A stretch of 61,610 nt of DNA, filler included. It is 7 parts of 7 records of this genome, joined end to end, with 100 filler letters (N's around TTAATTAATTAA, not from the genome) between each part and the next. Parts side by side here need not be neighbours in the genome. Positions count along the whole stretch, not along the records: positions 9,604 to 16,283 come from SRR31147125_19245; positions 16,384 to 22,714 come from SRR31147125_19256; 5 more parts are not named here. One strand, given 5' to 3'. The notes under the pieces are model-generated. The model saw only the letters and a program-made list of their open reading frames with translations. It searched no databases and was not told where the DNA came from. The position numbers and the translations under genes were made by a program. Positions 10,502 through 22,610 of the stretch are shown here, piece after piece (the first letter of the stretch is position 1; every line of letters begins with the position of its first letter).

Positions 10502-11884
10502 ATGCTGAAAAAGAAGATTAAAACATCAAAATTTTCACTACTTATAATTCTGGCAATGATTTTAAGTTTTCCATCATTTTCATTATCTGATCAGGAAAAA
10601 TTTATTGACGTTGCAAGATCAGTAATGCCATCAATAGTAAATATTAGAACTAAAACAGTTGTTCAAAAAACTATAGTTAATCCATTTGATGAGTTTTTCT
10701 ATGGAGAAACTCCAAAAGAGTTAGAGCGAGAAGGTTCTTCCCTTGGTTCTGGATTCGTAATTGACAGAGATGGTTTGATTATAACAAATCATCACGTTAT
10801 AAAGGATGCTACAGAGATATTTGTTAAATTCGAAAATGGAGATGAATATTCAGCTGAGGTACTTGGGAAAGATGTTGAAACTGACATTGCTTTACTTAAA
10901 ATAGTAAATACAAGGGATAAATTCTCAGCAATTGCTATGGCTAATTCTGATAATATTGATGTAGGTCAATGGGCAATTGCAATTGGAAATCCTTTTGGGC
11001 TAAATAGTACTATGACTTTGGGAATAATCAGTGCAACAGGTAGAAGTGGTTACGGACTTGAGAGATATGAAGATTTTATTCAAACTGATGCCTCGATCAA
11101 TCCGGGAAATAGTGGCGGTCCATTAATTGATATTTATGGAAAGGTAATAGGTGTTAACACTGCAATTATATCAAATACAGGAAGTAGTGTTGGACTTGGA
11201 TTTGCTATACCGATTAATATAGTTAATAAAGTTGCTGATAGTATCAAAAAATATGGTGAAGTTCGTAGACCAATGCTTGGTGTAAGATTCCAGCCTGATT
11301 TTGATGATGCACTTGCCGAAAGTATAGGATTAGATTCACCAAGGGGGGCATTAATTGCCGAAGTATTTGATGAATCACCTGCAGAACTTGCGGGTTTAAA
11401 AAGAGGAGATGTAATATTATCGATTAATGGTAGACCAATTCAAAACTACTCACAAGCTGTGGCTATAATTGGAACTTATCAACCAGGAGAAGAAGTAACT
11501 ATTAAACTTTATAGAAAACCAGGTAAAACAACTGGTATGGAGAGAACAGTATCTGTTGTTTTAACTTCAAAAGACGATGATAGTATGAATCCTAGTTCTA
11601 CAATACTTGGAATGCAACTGAGAACATTAAATGAAACTCTTAGAATGAAATATGGTTATCCTGATGTAAAAAAAGGAATAGCTATTTTAAAAGTTGATAG
11701 AAAATCTCAAGCTGCTGGATTAGGAATAACTGAAGGATCTTTAATCCTTGAAATTAATAATATTGAAGTTTCGTCAGTTAAAGAGTTGAAAGATACATTT
11801 GAAGCTATTCCAAGTGGAAACAATGTACTTCTATATGTTGAAAAAAATGATTATGGAAGATATTTCTTACTGAAAAAAGATTAA
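10502..11884 (+). CDS. DegP/DegQ (HtrA, Do family) serine endoprotease with two PDZ domains
   Basis: SLGSGF, TNHHV, DIAL, IQTDASINPGNSGGPL; signal peptide; GAGGTG RBS before ATG 10502. Confidence 0.95.
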   Translation: MLKKKIKTSKFSLLIILAMILSFPSFSLSDQEKFIDVARSVMPSIVNIRTKTVVQKTIVNPFDEFFYGETPKELEREGSSLGSGFVIDRDGLIITNHHVIKDATEIFVKFENGDEYSAEVLGKDVETDIALLKIVNTRDKFSAIAMANSDNIDVGQWAIAIGNPFGLNSTMTLGIISATGRSGYGLERYEDFIQTDASINPGNSGGPLIDIYGKVIGVNTAIISNTGSSVGLGFAIPINIVNKVADSIKKYGEVRRPMLGVRFQPDFDDALAESIGLDSPRGALIAEVFDESPAELAGLKRGDVILSINGRPIQNYSQAVAIIGTYQPGEEVTIKLYRKPGKTTGMERTVSVVLTSKDDDSMNPSSTILGMQLRTLNETLRMKYGYPDVKKGIAILKVDRKSQAAGLGITEGSLILEINNIEVSSVKELKDTFEAIPSGNNVLLYVEKNDYGRYFLLKKD

Positions 11885-11910
11885 TCTAAAAAGATAGTAA
11901 ACATAGAGGT

Positions 11911-11952
11911 AAATAAAAAAGCAAGAGCTCAAAAACTCTTGCTTTTTTATTT
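11911..11952. terminator. Bidirectional intrinsic terminator between degP and panD
   Basis: AAATAAAAAAGCAAGAG-loop-CTCTTGCTTTTTTATTT. Confidence 0.85.
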
Positions 11953-11959
11953 GAAAAAA

Positions 11960-12352
11960 TTAATTTTTATCAGCAAGTTTACCATGTTCCTCATAGTGTG
12001 CTATACGTGATACAGTATTATCATCATCAACAAAAACAACTGTAGGTTGATAAGTTTTCATATCTTCCTCTGTCATCTGTGCATAAGCCATGATAATTAT
12101 TTTATCATTCTTTTGAACCATTCTAGCAGCAGCACCATTTAGGCATATAGTTTTACTGCCTCTTTCTCCTGCTATTACGTAAGTTTCAAATCTTGCACCG
12201 TTATTAATATCAACTATAGCTACTTGCTCATACTCAAGTATTCCTGATGCATCCAGTAGGTCTCTGTCTATGGTAATACTCCCAACATAATCAAGCTCAG
12301 CTTGTGTAACTGTAGCTCTATGAATTTTTGCCTTTAACATATTTAATAACAT
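11960..12352 (-). CDS. panD: Aspartate 1-decarboxylase
   Basis: [18 protein letters not shown] cleavage site, [14 protein letters not shown]. Confidence 0.97.
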   Translation of the reverse strand: MLLNMLKAKIHRATVTQAELDYVGSITIDRDLLDASGILEYEQVAIVDINNGARFETYVIAGERGSKTICLNGAAARMVQKNDKIIIMAYAQMTEEDMKTYQPTVVFVDDDNTVSRIAHYEEHGKLADKN

Positions 12353-12381
12353 TTTTCACCCTTCTATTCTAATAAACTTAA

Positions 12382-13230
12382 TTATATCTCGAAACTAAAA
12401 TTATCTATTAACCTTGTGTTACCAATATATACTGCCAATGCAACTAGTACACTTTTATCTACTTTTTTAACTTTTTCAAGTGTATATAAGTCGACGATTT
12501 CTATATAATCAACGTTTGCAAGTGATTCAGATTTAATATTTTCATTTGCAAACTTTAATAGTGATGTTACATCTTTTTCTCCACTAGATATTTTATCTTT
12601 AAGTTGATTTAAAGTTTTGGATAATATTAGTGCAGCTTCTCTTTCATCAGTGTTTAAATATTTATTCCTAGAACTCATAGCTAAGCCATCGTATTCTCTG
12701 ACGATATCACATGGAACCACCTCAATGTCAACACTAAGATCTTTAACCATTTTTTGAATAATAGCTGGTTGTTGAGCATCTTTTCTTCCGAAATAAGCTC
12801 TATCTGCTGGAACTATATTAAAGAGTTTACTAACAATTGTGCAAACACCTTGGAAATGTCCCTCTCTAGAGGTTCCACATAACTCCTGATCAAGTGAGTT
12901 TACATTAACAAATGTATATAACTTCTCTGGGTACATCTCATTTACTTCAGGATTAAATATGATATCAGCGCCAGCTTCTTCTGCTCTTAAATTATCCCTT
13001 GTTAAATCTCTAGGATAACTATCTAAATCTTCGTTTGGACCAAACTGTATTGGATTAACAAAGATACTTAGTACGACTTTATCATTTTCGGATTTAGCCT
13101 TTTCAATCAAACTTTGATGACCCTTATGTAGATAACCCATAGTTGGTACAAAGCCAACAGATAACCCCTCTTTTTTCCAAGTTTTTACTTGTTCTCTTAT
13201 ATTATTAATTTCTTTAATTACAGTTAACAT
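12382..13230 (-). CDS. panC: Pantoate--beta-alanine ligase
   Basis: VPTMGYLHKGH, FVNPIQF, GLAMSSRN, RLIDN. Confidence 0.97.
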   Translation of the reverse strand: MLTVIKEINNIREQVKTWKKEGLSVGFVPTMGYLHKGHQSLIEKAKSENDKVVLSIFVNPIQFGPNEDLDSYPRDLTRDNLRAEEAGADIIFNPEVNEMYPEKLYTFVNVNSLDQELCGTSREGHFQGVCTIVSKLFNIVPADRAYFGRKDAQQPAIIQKMVKDLSVDIEVVPCDIVREYDGLAMSSRNKYLNTDEREAALILSKTLNQLKDKISSGEKDVTSLLKFANENIKSESLANVDYIEIVDLYTLEKVKKVDKSVLVALAVYIGNTRLIDNFSFEI

Positions 13231-13245
13231 ATTAATCTCCTGATA

Positions 13246-14073
13246 CTAGTATAGTTTCTTTAGAATATCGTCATTGATTTTAAAAGTGTGCTCTTCTGAT
13301 GGAAATTTAGATGATTTAACTTCTACATCATATTTGTCTAATCCATCTTGAATATATTTTCCAACATCAGCAAAGGTTTTAACAAATTTTGGCTTAAAGC
13401 CAGAGAACATGTTAAGCATATCCTGATAAACTAAAACTTGTCCGTCACATTCTTTTCCAGCGCCAATCCCAATTGTAGGAATATCTAATTTGTCAGTTAT
13501 TATACTTGCTAATTTGCTAGGAACACATTCGAGTACTATTGCAAATGCTCCAGCTTCCTGAACAGCTATAGCATCTTTGATTAATTTTTCTGCTGCTTCA
13601 GCTGATTTCCCTTGAACTTTGAAACCACCTATGGCATTAACTGATTGCGGAGTCAACCCAATATGTCCAACTACAGGAATTTGGGCTCTTGTGATAGCTT
13701 TTATAGTATCAGTCATCTCAACACCGCCCTCTAGCTTAATAGCAGTTGCACCAGTTTCTTTTATTAACCTACCTGCATTTCTTACAGATTCCTCTACAGA
13801 AACATGATAAGATATGAAAGGCATATCTATAATAGTTAAGGTGTTTTTTGCCCCTCTGACAACAGCCTTCCCATGATGGATCATATCATTCATTGTTACT
13901 GCTAAAGTATTGTCATAACCAAGACAAACCATTCCAAGTGAGTCTCCAACTAATATTGAATCAATATCAGTGTCATCAATAAATCTAGCCATGGAAAAAT
14001 CATATGCAGTAAGCATAGATAATTTTTTACCTTTTACTTTTGCCTCTATAAAACCAGGCACAGTAGTTTTCAT
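13246..14073 (-). CDS. panB: 3-methyl-2-oxobutanoate hydroxymethyltransferase
   Basis: [40 protein letters not shown]. Confidence 0.97.
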   Translation of the reverse strand: MKTTVPGFIEAKVKGKKLSMLTAYDFSMARFIDDTDIDSILVGDSLGMVCLGYDNTLAVTMNDMIHHGKAVVRGAKNTLTIIDMPFISYHVSVEESVRNAGRLIKETGATAIKLEGGVEMTDTIKAITRAQIPVVGHIGLTPQSVNAIGGFKVQGKSAEAAEKLIKDAIAVQEAGAFAIVLECVPSKLASIITDKLDIPTIGIGAGKECDGQVLVYQDMLNMFSGFKPKFVKTFADVGKYIQDGLDKYDVEVKSSKFPSEEHTFKINDDILKKLY

Positions 14074-14077
14074 TTAA

Positions 14078-14281
14078 TTAATCACTCCTAAGCATTTTTA
14101 ATAATTTAGAATAATTTTTTTCGATGTTTGTTATGTTTGAGTTTATCAGCGGCATTAAAGCTTACTTTGCATCATTTTGATCTATACCGCACTCTTCAAG
14201 ACAATGAACGCCTTTATTTAATAATGAAAGAACAAGATTAAAAATCATCAGATTTGCAAGGCGATATTTAGCCATATTCTT
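14078..14281 (-). pseudogene. Eroded remnant of a Rossmann-like/DUF2520 (PanG-type ketopantoate reductase) gene
   Basis: Translates as KNMAKYRLANLMIFNLVLSLLNKGVHCLEECGIDQNDAK*ALMPLINSNITNIEKNYSKLLKMLRSD*; internal TAA at 14162-14164; lies directly upstream of panB. Confidence 0.7.
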
Positions 14282-14591
14282 ATGAAAGGTCAATAAAATC
14301 AAGCGTTAAACATTTCTTCGAATTTGATACTAACTAGTAATATACTGATTAGTACTATTTACCCAGATATTATACTCTTAAACGGAAATTATTACAAGAG
14401 GATAATCACTAATTAAAAATTATTTGACTTTTACTTCGAATATGAAATAGAATATAAAATAATATTAGTTGTCAGTTTCGATTAAAAATGATAATATGTC
14501 TTTGTAGATTGTTGATAATGACATTCAATGTATAAATTTTAAGTGAGAATTAGACATTTTGTTGGGAAGAAAAGTTTAAGGAGGCATTTAA

Positions 14592-14957
14592 ATGAACAAA
14601 TTTCTGGTAGTTGATGATTTTATAGGAATGAGAAATATGCTTAAACTTATATTGAAAAATGCAGGATATGAAGTAGTAGGTGAAGCTGAAGATGGAGTAG
14701 AAGCTATTACAAAATACAAGCAACTATCTCCAGACTTTGTTACACTTGATATAACAATGCCTAGAAAAGATGGAGTAGAAACCTTAAAAGAACTAATGGA
14801 AATAGATAGAGATGTAAACGTAATTATTGTCAGTGCAATTAGTGAGAAAAACTTGGTACTTGAAGCAATTGAACTTGGAGCAAAACATTATATTCTAAAA
14901 CCACTAAAACCGGAAAAAGTTATGGCGGTTATCGAGGAAGTAATAGCATTTAGTTAG
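14592..14957 (+). CDS. Stand-alone CheY-like response regulator
   Basis: LVVDD, TLDITMP..DG, IVSA, YILKP. Confidence 0.9.
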   Translation: MNKFLVVDDFIGMRNMLKLILKNAGYEVVGEAEDGVEAITKYKQLSPDFVTLDITMPRKDGVETLKELMEIDRDVNVIIVSAISEKNLVLEAIELGAKHYILKPLKPEKVMAVIEEVIAFS

Positions 14958-15120
14958 TTCTGTGTAAAATATCCAAAGATTATTCTTACTTATCCGATAA
15001 TAGGATTATAATAAGAAAATTTTTCAGCTTGATTTTTTAGTTGTTTTCTATTATAATCATAAACTGTAAATTTTATTTCGATTATTAAGAGGCTTAATGA
15101 TCGAAAGTGAGGTGTTTGAA

Positions 15121-15528
15121 ATGAAAAAAGAGGATAAGTTTATGGACGTATTAACTGAAGTAGTAAACAGTATTATGAATCCATTTAACGGAAATATTGA
15201 AAAACTTGAAAAATATATTGTGGAGAAACTTGTAAAAAAGGGATATGAACTTCATGAAATCGATGACCTTTTAGAAGAGATATTTAAAACAATAAATAAT
15301 AAGGAATCTGAGAAAAAATTTAGAGTTTTTAGTCCAGTTGAAACTAGTAATATGAGTGATGAAGCTAGAGAATATTTAATGCAGTTAAAGGCAGATATGA
15401 TTATATCTGATGAAGAGTTTGAAGAGATTCTTGATGAAGTTTCTATGAGTTTCTTTATGCTTGAAGTTGAGCATATAAAAGAAATTCTTAATTTTAAAGG
15501 AATATCAGAAGATTTTCAAATAAACTAA
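15121..15528 (+). CDS. Smg/DUF494-like protein
   Basis: L..KGY...EID, FRVFSPVE....S.EAREYL; usual position upstream of topA. Confidence 0.65.
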   Translation: MKKEDKFMDVLTEVVNSIMNPFNGNIEKLEKYIVEKLVKKGYELHEIDDLLEEIFKTINNKESEKKFRVFSPVETSNMSDEAREYLMQLKADMIISDEEFEEILDEVSMSFFMLEVEHIKEILNFKGISEDFQIN

Positions 15529-15607
15529 ATAAATCTAGAGTGATGAAACTAATCTAGCAAAACTCCTAGATTATTAAAATATGTAAAAAATTTTGAGTAA
15601 AATTTCT

Positions 15608-15638
15608 GCCTCTGTTTTTTTAACAGAGGCTATTTATT
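15608..15638 (+). terminator. Intrinsic terminator-like hairpin
   Basis: GCCTCTGTT/AACAGAGGC stem then TATTTATT. Confidence 0.55.
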
Positions 15639-15785
15639 AAATAAACGTAAATTAATTTGTTCTTTATCTCCTATTGAGTAAATTAGATTTACAGCACTTA
15701 GATTGATGTATTTAAAGAAGAATATTCAATCGCGATAAATTACTCCGATTTGCATAGTTCAACTCGGAAAACAGGAGGAATATTT

Positions 15786-16283
15786 GTGGGAAAGAAATTG
15801 GTAATAGTGGAGTCCCCGGCAAAAGCAGAAACAATTAAAAAGATTCTTGGTCGGAATTATGAAGTAACAGCTTCATATGGACATATTAGAGATCTTCCTA
15901 AGTCAAAAATAGGGGTTGATATTGAAGATAACTTTAAACCCTCATACAGTACAATTAGAGGTAAGGGTGAGATAACTAAAAAGTTAAGAGCTCTTGCGAA
16001 GAAATCTGAAAAGGTATATCTAGCATCCGATATGGATAGAGAGGGAGAAGCTATTGCATGGCATGTGGCGAATATCCTAAAACTTGACCTTGATGCTGAT
16101 ATGAGAATTGAGTTTAACGAAATAACTAAAACAGCAATAAAAGAAGCAATAAAACATCCTAAAAAACTTAATATGGATAAAGTTGACGCACAACAAGCGA
16201 GAAGAATACTAGATAGATTAGTAGGATACAAAATAAGTCCTCTTCTGTGGCAAATCATTGATTCAAATACAAGTGCAGGTAGA
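15786..16283 (+). CDS. topA: DNA topoisomerase I (3'-truncated)
   Basis: [56 protein letters not shown] start after AGGAGG. Confidence 0.96.
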
Positions 16284-16383
16284 NNNNNNNNNNNNNNNNN
16301 NNNNNNNNNNNNNNNNNNNNNNNNNNNTTAATTAATTAANNNNNNNNNNNNNNNNNNNNNNNNNNNNNNNNNNNNNNNNNNNN
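16284..16383. other. Artificial contig spacer
   Basis: N44-TTAATTAATTAA-N44. Confidence 0.99.
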
Positions 16384-16384
16384 T

Positions 16385-19300
16385 TTTTCTCCCCCAGACA
16401 TAGGTCCTGATGACACCATTGATAGCGATGCTCAATATGGTACTGGAAATACCTCTGTTTTTATACTCTCTGCAGGTGATAATAATTTGGATATGGATGC
16501 TGGTATCTACAGGCAGGATGAACCGGATAATTACGATTTTGGCGATGCTCCTGATAGTCCGGAAGGTCCTGGCTACCCGACATTGCTAGCTAACAATGGT
16601 GCCCGCCATCTCATTCAATCGGACGGCCCATGGCTGGGTGGTCCGAATGATTATCCTGATGTGGAAACCAACGGCCAGCAAAGCGCAAATGCAGACGGTG
16701 ATGATAATGATGGGAACGATGATGAAAATGGATTTAACGTCGTTCCGGTTATGCCGATGGTACCGGGTTCGCAATATGAAGTGATCGTAAGGTACACAAC
16801 TGCTGATACTGCATATCTCAATATGTGGGTAGATTTCAACGGCAACGGTAATTGGGCAGATGCAAACGAGCATGCCTTGATTGATGTTTCTGTATATGGG
16901 CCTTTTACGATGCTTAACTCTTTCATCAATATACCTGCTTCTGCAAAGCCTGGGAAAACCTTTGCCCGTTTTCGTATCAGCTCACAAAACGGTCTGAGTT
17001 CCACTGGAATGGCCGCTGACGGGGAGGTTGAAGATTACCAGGTCGTTATTCAACCTGATGGACCGGATCCGGGTGCGAAAGTAGACACATTTGGTGTGTG
17101 TCTAAAAATGAAAGTAGATATCAACGGCATCGGCTTGACTAACGTACAGATATCAGGTCCGGTTATCCAAAAGACATATTATGAGGTTGGTACACCAGGC
17201 ACAGCCAATGATGATGATTTGAACGGTCTCGACGATGTTGTCACCAGGCTTGTGGACATGCGTCTGACTGCAACAGATCCGATCGTTGGTCAAGTTATAC
17301 TGCGATTGCATCCAACCATCCCATCGTTTGGTCAGGTCGAGGAAACCGTAAATAATACACCCGGTATATTGGATATTAAACCATTTACACCCACTGGATT
17401 GGCAAACAGCTTCTTTGATACATTCCTGGCCATTGAACTGCCAGATCTGGGTATATGCCTCTATCCAAATAAACCTATTCGGCTTGCAGGTCAAATCGAC
17501 CAAATACCACCGTCAAGTATGAATACATATGCAGCAGCCATATCATCTCCTGCACCATTGTACAAAATGCCGTGTGGGAGTAATCCCGGAACGGTACCGG
17601 TTCCACCGCCTGCTCCGGATGCTTCGATTATAAGCATACTCTCGTGTGATCAAGGCACTGACGATGAGCTTGATTTTGGTGATGCGCCTGATCCGACATA
17701 TCCCACATTACTGGCGAGCAATGGCGCACGCCATGTTATTAATCAAAGTTTTTACCTTGGCTCAGGTATTGATGCTGAACCGGATGGCCAACCGACTGCG
17801 CTCTCCGATGGTGATAATAACACCAATACAAATGACGAAGATGGTGTAACAATGTCGCCGTTTATTGCGCCAGGACAGAGTGTACCGATTACAATTGTCG
17901 CATCTGATGCAGGTGTCATCAATGCCTGGATTGATTTTAATATTGACGGAGATTGGGCGGATGCAGGTGAGCATTTCATTGCCGCACAACCGGTTATTTC
18001 GGGTGCTAATTCTTTGACATTCAACGTTCCGATGGGAGCGGTCAGTGGACTTTCCTATGCTCGTTTTCGGTTCAGTTCAATTCGTAACCTCAGTTATGAT
18101 GGATTAGCCCCGGATGGTGAAGTGGAGGATTATGTTGTTGAAATTACAGAACCACAAGATGAAACCATTATTGTTATCAAAGATGCAACGCCAAAAGACA
18201 ACACACAGTTTTTAATCTGTCAGCAGTTAAGCGGTTCATTTTTTAGCATGCTATGCGGATTTTTACAAGATCCGTTAAACAATAAAATGACGATACTAAA
18301 TCCCGGCGATGTAATCAGTATAAGCGAAGCTGTCATTCCTGGTTGGTTGTTACAGGATATTACAATCACTGGCGATATAGATAACGGCTCAACAGTCAAC
18401 GTGGCAAGCGGACGTGTGGATTTGGATCATGATCCTGGTGAGAATATTGTCATCACATTCAAAAATATAAAGAGTGGCGATGACGAATTGTTCGATCTCG
18501 GCGATGCTCCGGATGGTACAAATCATTCCGGCTTATCGATGAACGCCTATCCCGGCATACCAGCGAATTTCCCAACGGTCTTTGATCCGGCAACAGGTAT
18601 ACCTCAAGGACCTCGACATGCAAACACGAAAGCCGATGCCCGGTTGGGAACAAATTCATCTGGAGAATTCGAAGCAGACTTGATTCCTGATAATGATGGA
18701 CTAACCAATCTCGATCCACCTAATGATGCGGCAGATCGCGATAACTTTGACGATGGTGTGAAAATCCCCTTTCCGTTACCTTCCTGTCAGCAATCTTATT
18801 TTACCTACACAGTAAGCGTACCACCTGGTAGTGTCGGCAAGGATAGATATGTAAACGTGTGGTTTGACTGGAATCGTGATGGCGATTGGGCTGACACATT
18901 TACGTGCAAGTCGCCATCTGACGCACCAGAATGGGCAGTGCAAAACCAGCTAATTCCGGGTGGGTTTCCTCCCTGGAGAGTACCTTTTTGCCACGCCATT
19001 ATTTACAGTTCACCATCCGACCGGTTTTGAGACGAATCCGATTTGGATGCGGATTTCTATCGCTGAATCAATTGCCCCATCCGAAGGAGATGGCCGTGGT
19101 CCTGCAAATGGCTATCAATATGGCGAAACCGAAGATTATTATTTTGCACCAAAAGATACTACCGAAGGAGGGCAATTCGATTTCGGTGATGCACCCGATC
19201 CTACGTATCCCACATTGCTGGCCTCCAACGGCGCACGGCATGTTATCACACCAAATTTATATCTTGGTACTGGCATCGATCCCGAGAGTGAAGGACAGCC

Positions 19301-21959
19301 TACCGGAATGGCTGATGGTGATGATAAAAATATTGTTTTTCCGGGAACACCGTATCCATCGGGCGATGAGGATGGTGTTCAAATACCAACTATTTTTACA
19401 CCCGGAACGTCCATCCCTATTAATGTTTTTGCCTCTGCACCGGGTGTGCTTAATGCCTGGCTCGATTTTAATATAAACGGTAGTTGGGCAGACGCAGGGG
19501 AACACATTGTCGCTGCACAGCCGCTGGTAGCAGGGATCAATAATTTTACCATTAACGTTCCTGCCAGTGCACAAACAGGTCAATCGTATGCCCGGTTCCG
19601 ATTAAGTTCGGTGCGCAATATCAGCTACAACGGTCCAGCACCGGACGGAGAAGTTGAGGATTACGCCGTAGTTATTCAGAAAGGAGACGGTGGTGATCTT
19701 ACCATAATTAAAGATGCGACACCCAAGGACAATACTCCATTCTGGATATCCGTTGTTTATGGCATTATGGGTGGCGCTGCACCTTATCGTGACCCTATGA
19801 GCAATATGTCAAGCATCACAAATGCTCCGGCAGGGACATATCATGTCGGTGAAAGTGTACCCATCGGCTGGGCGCTGACGGATATTGTCGTTACCGGGGA
19901 TACGGACAATGGATCGGGTATTGATGTAGGTAATGGTATAGTGGATGTAGACCTGGATGCCGGTGAAAGTATCACCGTGGTATTTAAAAACAACAAAACA
20001 GGCGAAGATGATTTGTACGATTTTGGCGATGCACCCACTAATTATTTTCAATCCTTATTTGCAACTTTAAATCCGAACGTCAAAATGGGTCAGGAAATTG
20101 ACGCAGAGCCAGCAGCACAGCCCGACGCTCACGCTCTCGGTGACGACAATAATGGCATCGACGATGAAGATGGTGTTGCATTTTTAACGCCCATGCAACC
20201 TGGACAAACAGCTTCAGTTGAAATTGATTTGACAGGAACAGTTTCAAATTATTCACCCAGGCTTTGGGCGTATATCGATTTTAACAATAATGGCAATTGG
20301 TCGGATTTTGGCGAACAAGTCATAAACCAGAATGTAACAGCCGGTGTGAAACAGACATTTTCAATTTCAGTGCCTCCATCAGCAAAATTGGGGACGACAT
20401 TTGCCAGGTTCCATCTGGTAGATACGGGTCCCGTGCCTCCAAACGGTACTCCTTATGGCGAAGTGGAAGATTATGAAGTGTTTATTGGTGAAGGTGGCGA
20501 AGAATCACCGATTAAATGGATGCAAATCCCTCTATTGAATGAAGATCCGGACATGCCATATACTCCCTACTTTTTTGGTTGGGATGTAAAATCTGTATAT
20601 GACGGCACATTTGTGGCTGATGATTGGTTTTGCAAATCGCCACGGCCGGTCACTGAGATTCACTGGTGGGGCTCCTATACCGAATGGGACAGTATTGTTG
20701 CCCCACCAATAGCTCCACATGCTTTTCATATTGGAATTTGGACTGATGTACCGGCGGGCATTGATAAGGATTGGAGCCATCCGGGCACAATGGAAAAAGA
20801 ATGGATTGTTCCAAGGGAAATATTAGGCGAACATGTCGTCGGTGATGATTTTCACCCGGAATATATGACAAAACCGGATACTTGTTTTCAGTACCATTTT
20901 ATTATTCCTCAGGATGAATGGTTCTATCAGGAAGGAGACTCGACTGTTTATTGGTTAAGTATTGCTGCGTTATATGAAGAGGAACCCGATCAATTCGTCT
21001 GGGGTTGGAAAACTCGGGAACACTTTTTCCAGGATGATGCTGTTTATGTTTACGAACCAAACCAACCCACAATAGGGGACGTTGCTATTGAGTCAGAACC
21101 AATCGATCATGGGTGGGATATGGCGTTTACGCTGATGACCGATGAATACTTTTTTGAGTCTGATTTTGGCGATGCGCCTGCTGAACGTTATCCCACATTT
21201 TTCGGACAAAACGGTCCCTTGCACTATATTAATCCCCTGGTCCATCTTGGCGAGCGCCTGGACGCTGAATTTGACGCACAGCCGGATCACACCGCTACTG
21301 GTGATGATAATGATGGCAGTGACGATGATGATGGAATCGAATTCATTGCCCCTACTGGCGACAATCCTGAGGCATTCATTAAAGTTGCCGCTTCGCTTCC
21401 TGGTTATCTCAATGCCTGGATGGATTTTAATAATAATGGTAGCTGGGCCGATTCCGATGAACATATTTTTAGAGATATATTTTTACCAGGAGGTCTATCG
21501 ACCTTACCATTCACAATTCCCGATGATGCAGTTAACCATGAAATATTCAGCCGTTTCCGTTTTTGTACTCAACCAGGCTTGACATATGTTGGCATCGCTA
21601 TAGATGGCGAGGTAGAAGATTATTATGTTAATCTTACTGAAACTGATGTAAAGGATATAACCCCGGAAGAGACTGTACCGGAATCGTTTGGTTTACACCA
21701 AAATTATCCAAATCCATTTAATCCCCAAACTACTATAGAATTCGATTTGCCTAAAAATGCTGACATATCGATCAAAGTATACAACTATAATGGGCAGTTA
21801 GTAAGGACATTGGTTTCAGGTCCATTTCATGCTGGTGTTCATAATATCACCTGGGATGCTATGGATAATAATGGGCATAAGGTCACAAGCGGGCTTTATT
21901 TTGTAATATTAAAAGCCGGTTCCGATGTGTCAAGAATAAAGCTGTTACTAACAAAATAA
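16385..21959 (+). CDS. Giant secreted multidomain protein (SdrD-B-like end, six DFGDAP...GEVED modules, C-terminal FlgD-Ig/T9SS-type sorting domain); 5'-truncated, split by a +1 indel near 18972
   Basis: Frame open from contig start (FSPPDIGPDDTIDSDA...DMDAGIY); six D(F/L)GDAP and six GE(V/T)EDY motifs; ends QNYPNPFNP...WD..D..G.KV.SGLY; removing one C at 18971-18973 joins ORFs 16487-19030 and 18960-21959 as GGFPPGEYLF. Confidence 0.85.
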
Positions 21960-22356
21960 ACTGAACAACAGACAATGGAAGATTTGATTTATCTGTACTA
22001 TGCTGTGTAAAACTTCGTCCCCAATGCTGTTTAGGGTCGGACTTTTCACAATTTCTTTTTTATTGCACCCGAATTTAGTTTTACCGGATAAACCAACAAG
22101 ATTTTCTGATTACAACACACTGGATGGAGTGGAAAAATAACAGCCGTCATTATAAGCGACTTAGATAGAGGAATCCCAATATCACCACTGGAGTATAAAA
22201 ACGTGCTATAATAAACAGCAAGAAATATCTGAAAAATTGACACAAAAGTTAACTTGTTATATTGTATCCCCTCAGAACAAAAAAGACAATTTCGTGGTTG
22301 AAAATAGAGTAATTTTTTTCTTTGGTAGACGGTCGTGAAACATTTGCTCCCATTTA

Positions 22357-22458
22357 CTGGGGGCAAGTGTTCGTCACGACGTCATACCGGGATCGCCCCG
22401 ACGAATATTAACAATGGGTTAGATTGGTTTTCAAGTTGATCCTTTGTCGTTATAGGGG
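22357..22458 (+). repeat. Degenerate tRNA-Pro 3'-half/terminator unit, copy 1
   Basis: CTGGGGGCAAGTGTTCGTC-15nt-GATCGCCCCGACGA; aligns with copy 2 through the downstream AAGTTG...TTTGT.GTTAT. Confidence 0.65.
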
Positions 22459-22498
22459 AAACAGTGTGTGTGATTTTATTAATTATGGTAAACGGGAT

Positions 22499-22590
22499 CA
22501 AGTGGTCGTCCCTGCGCTATGCCAGGATCGCCCCGACGAACATTAAACAAAGGTCAACTATTAAAGTTGGCCTTTTGTTGTTATTGGAGG
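22499..22590 (+). repeat. Degenerate tRNA-Pro 3'-half/terminator unit, copy 2
   Basis: CAAGTGGTCGTC-15nt-GATCGCCCCGACGA, then hairpin AAAGGTCAACT/AGTTGGCCTTT (22549-22575) and T-rich tail. Confidence 0.65.
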
Positions 22591-22610
22591 TTTTGTAGTT
22601 GGTATTACCA

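Noticed and set aside
18960-18975. GGGTTTC as a programmed frameshift in the GEVED protein
   Set aside because: The needed shift is +1, the heptamer is not in the -1 register, and the break falls inside a module; an extra C explains it.
22357-22590. CRISPR array
   Set aside because: Only two long degenerate units, no regular repeat-spacer period and no cas genes.
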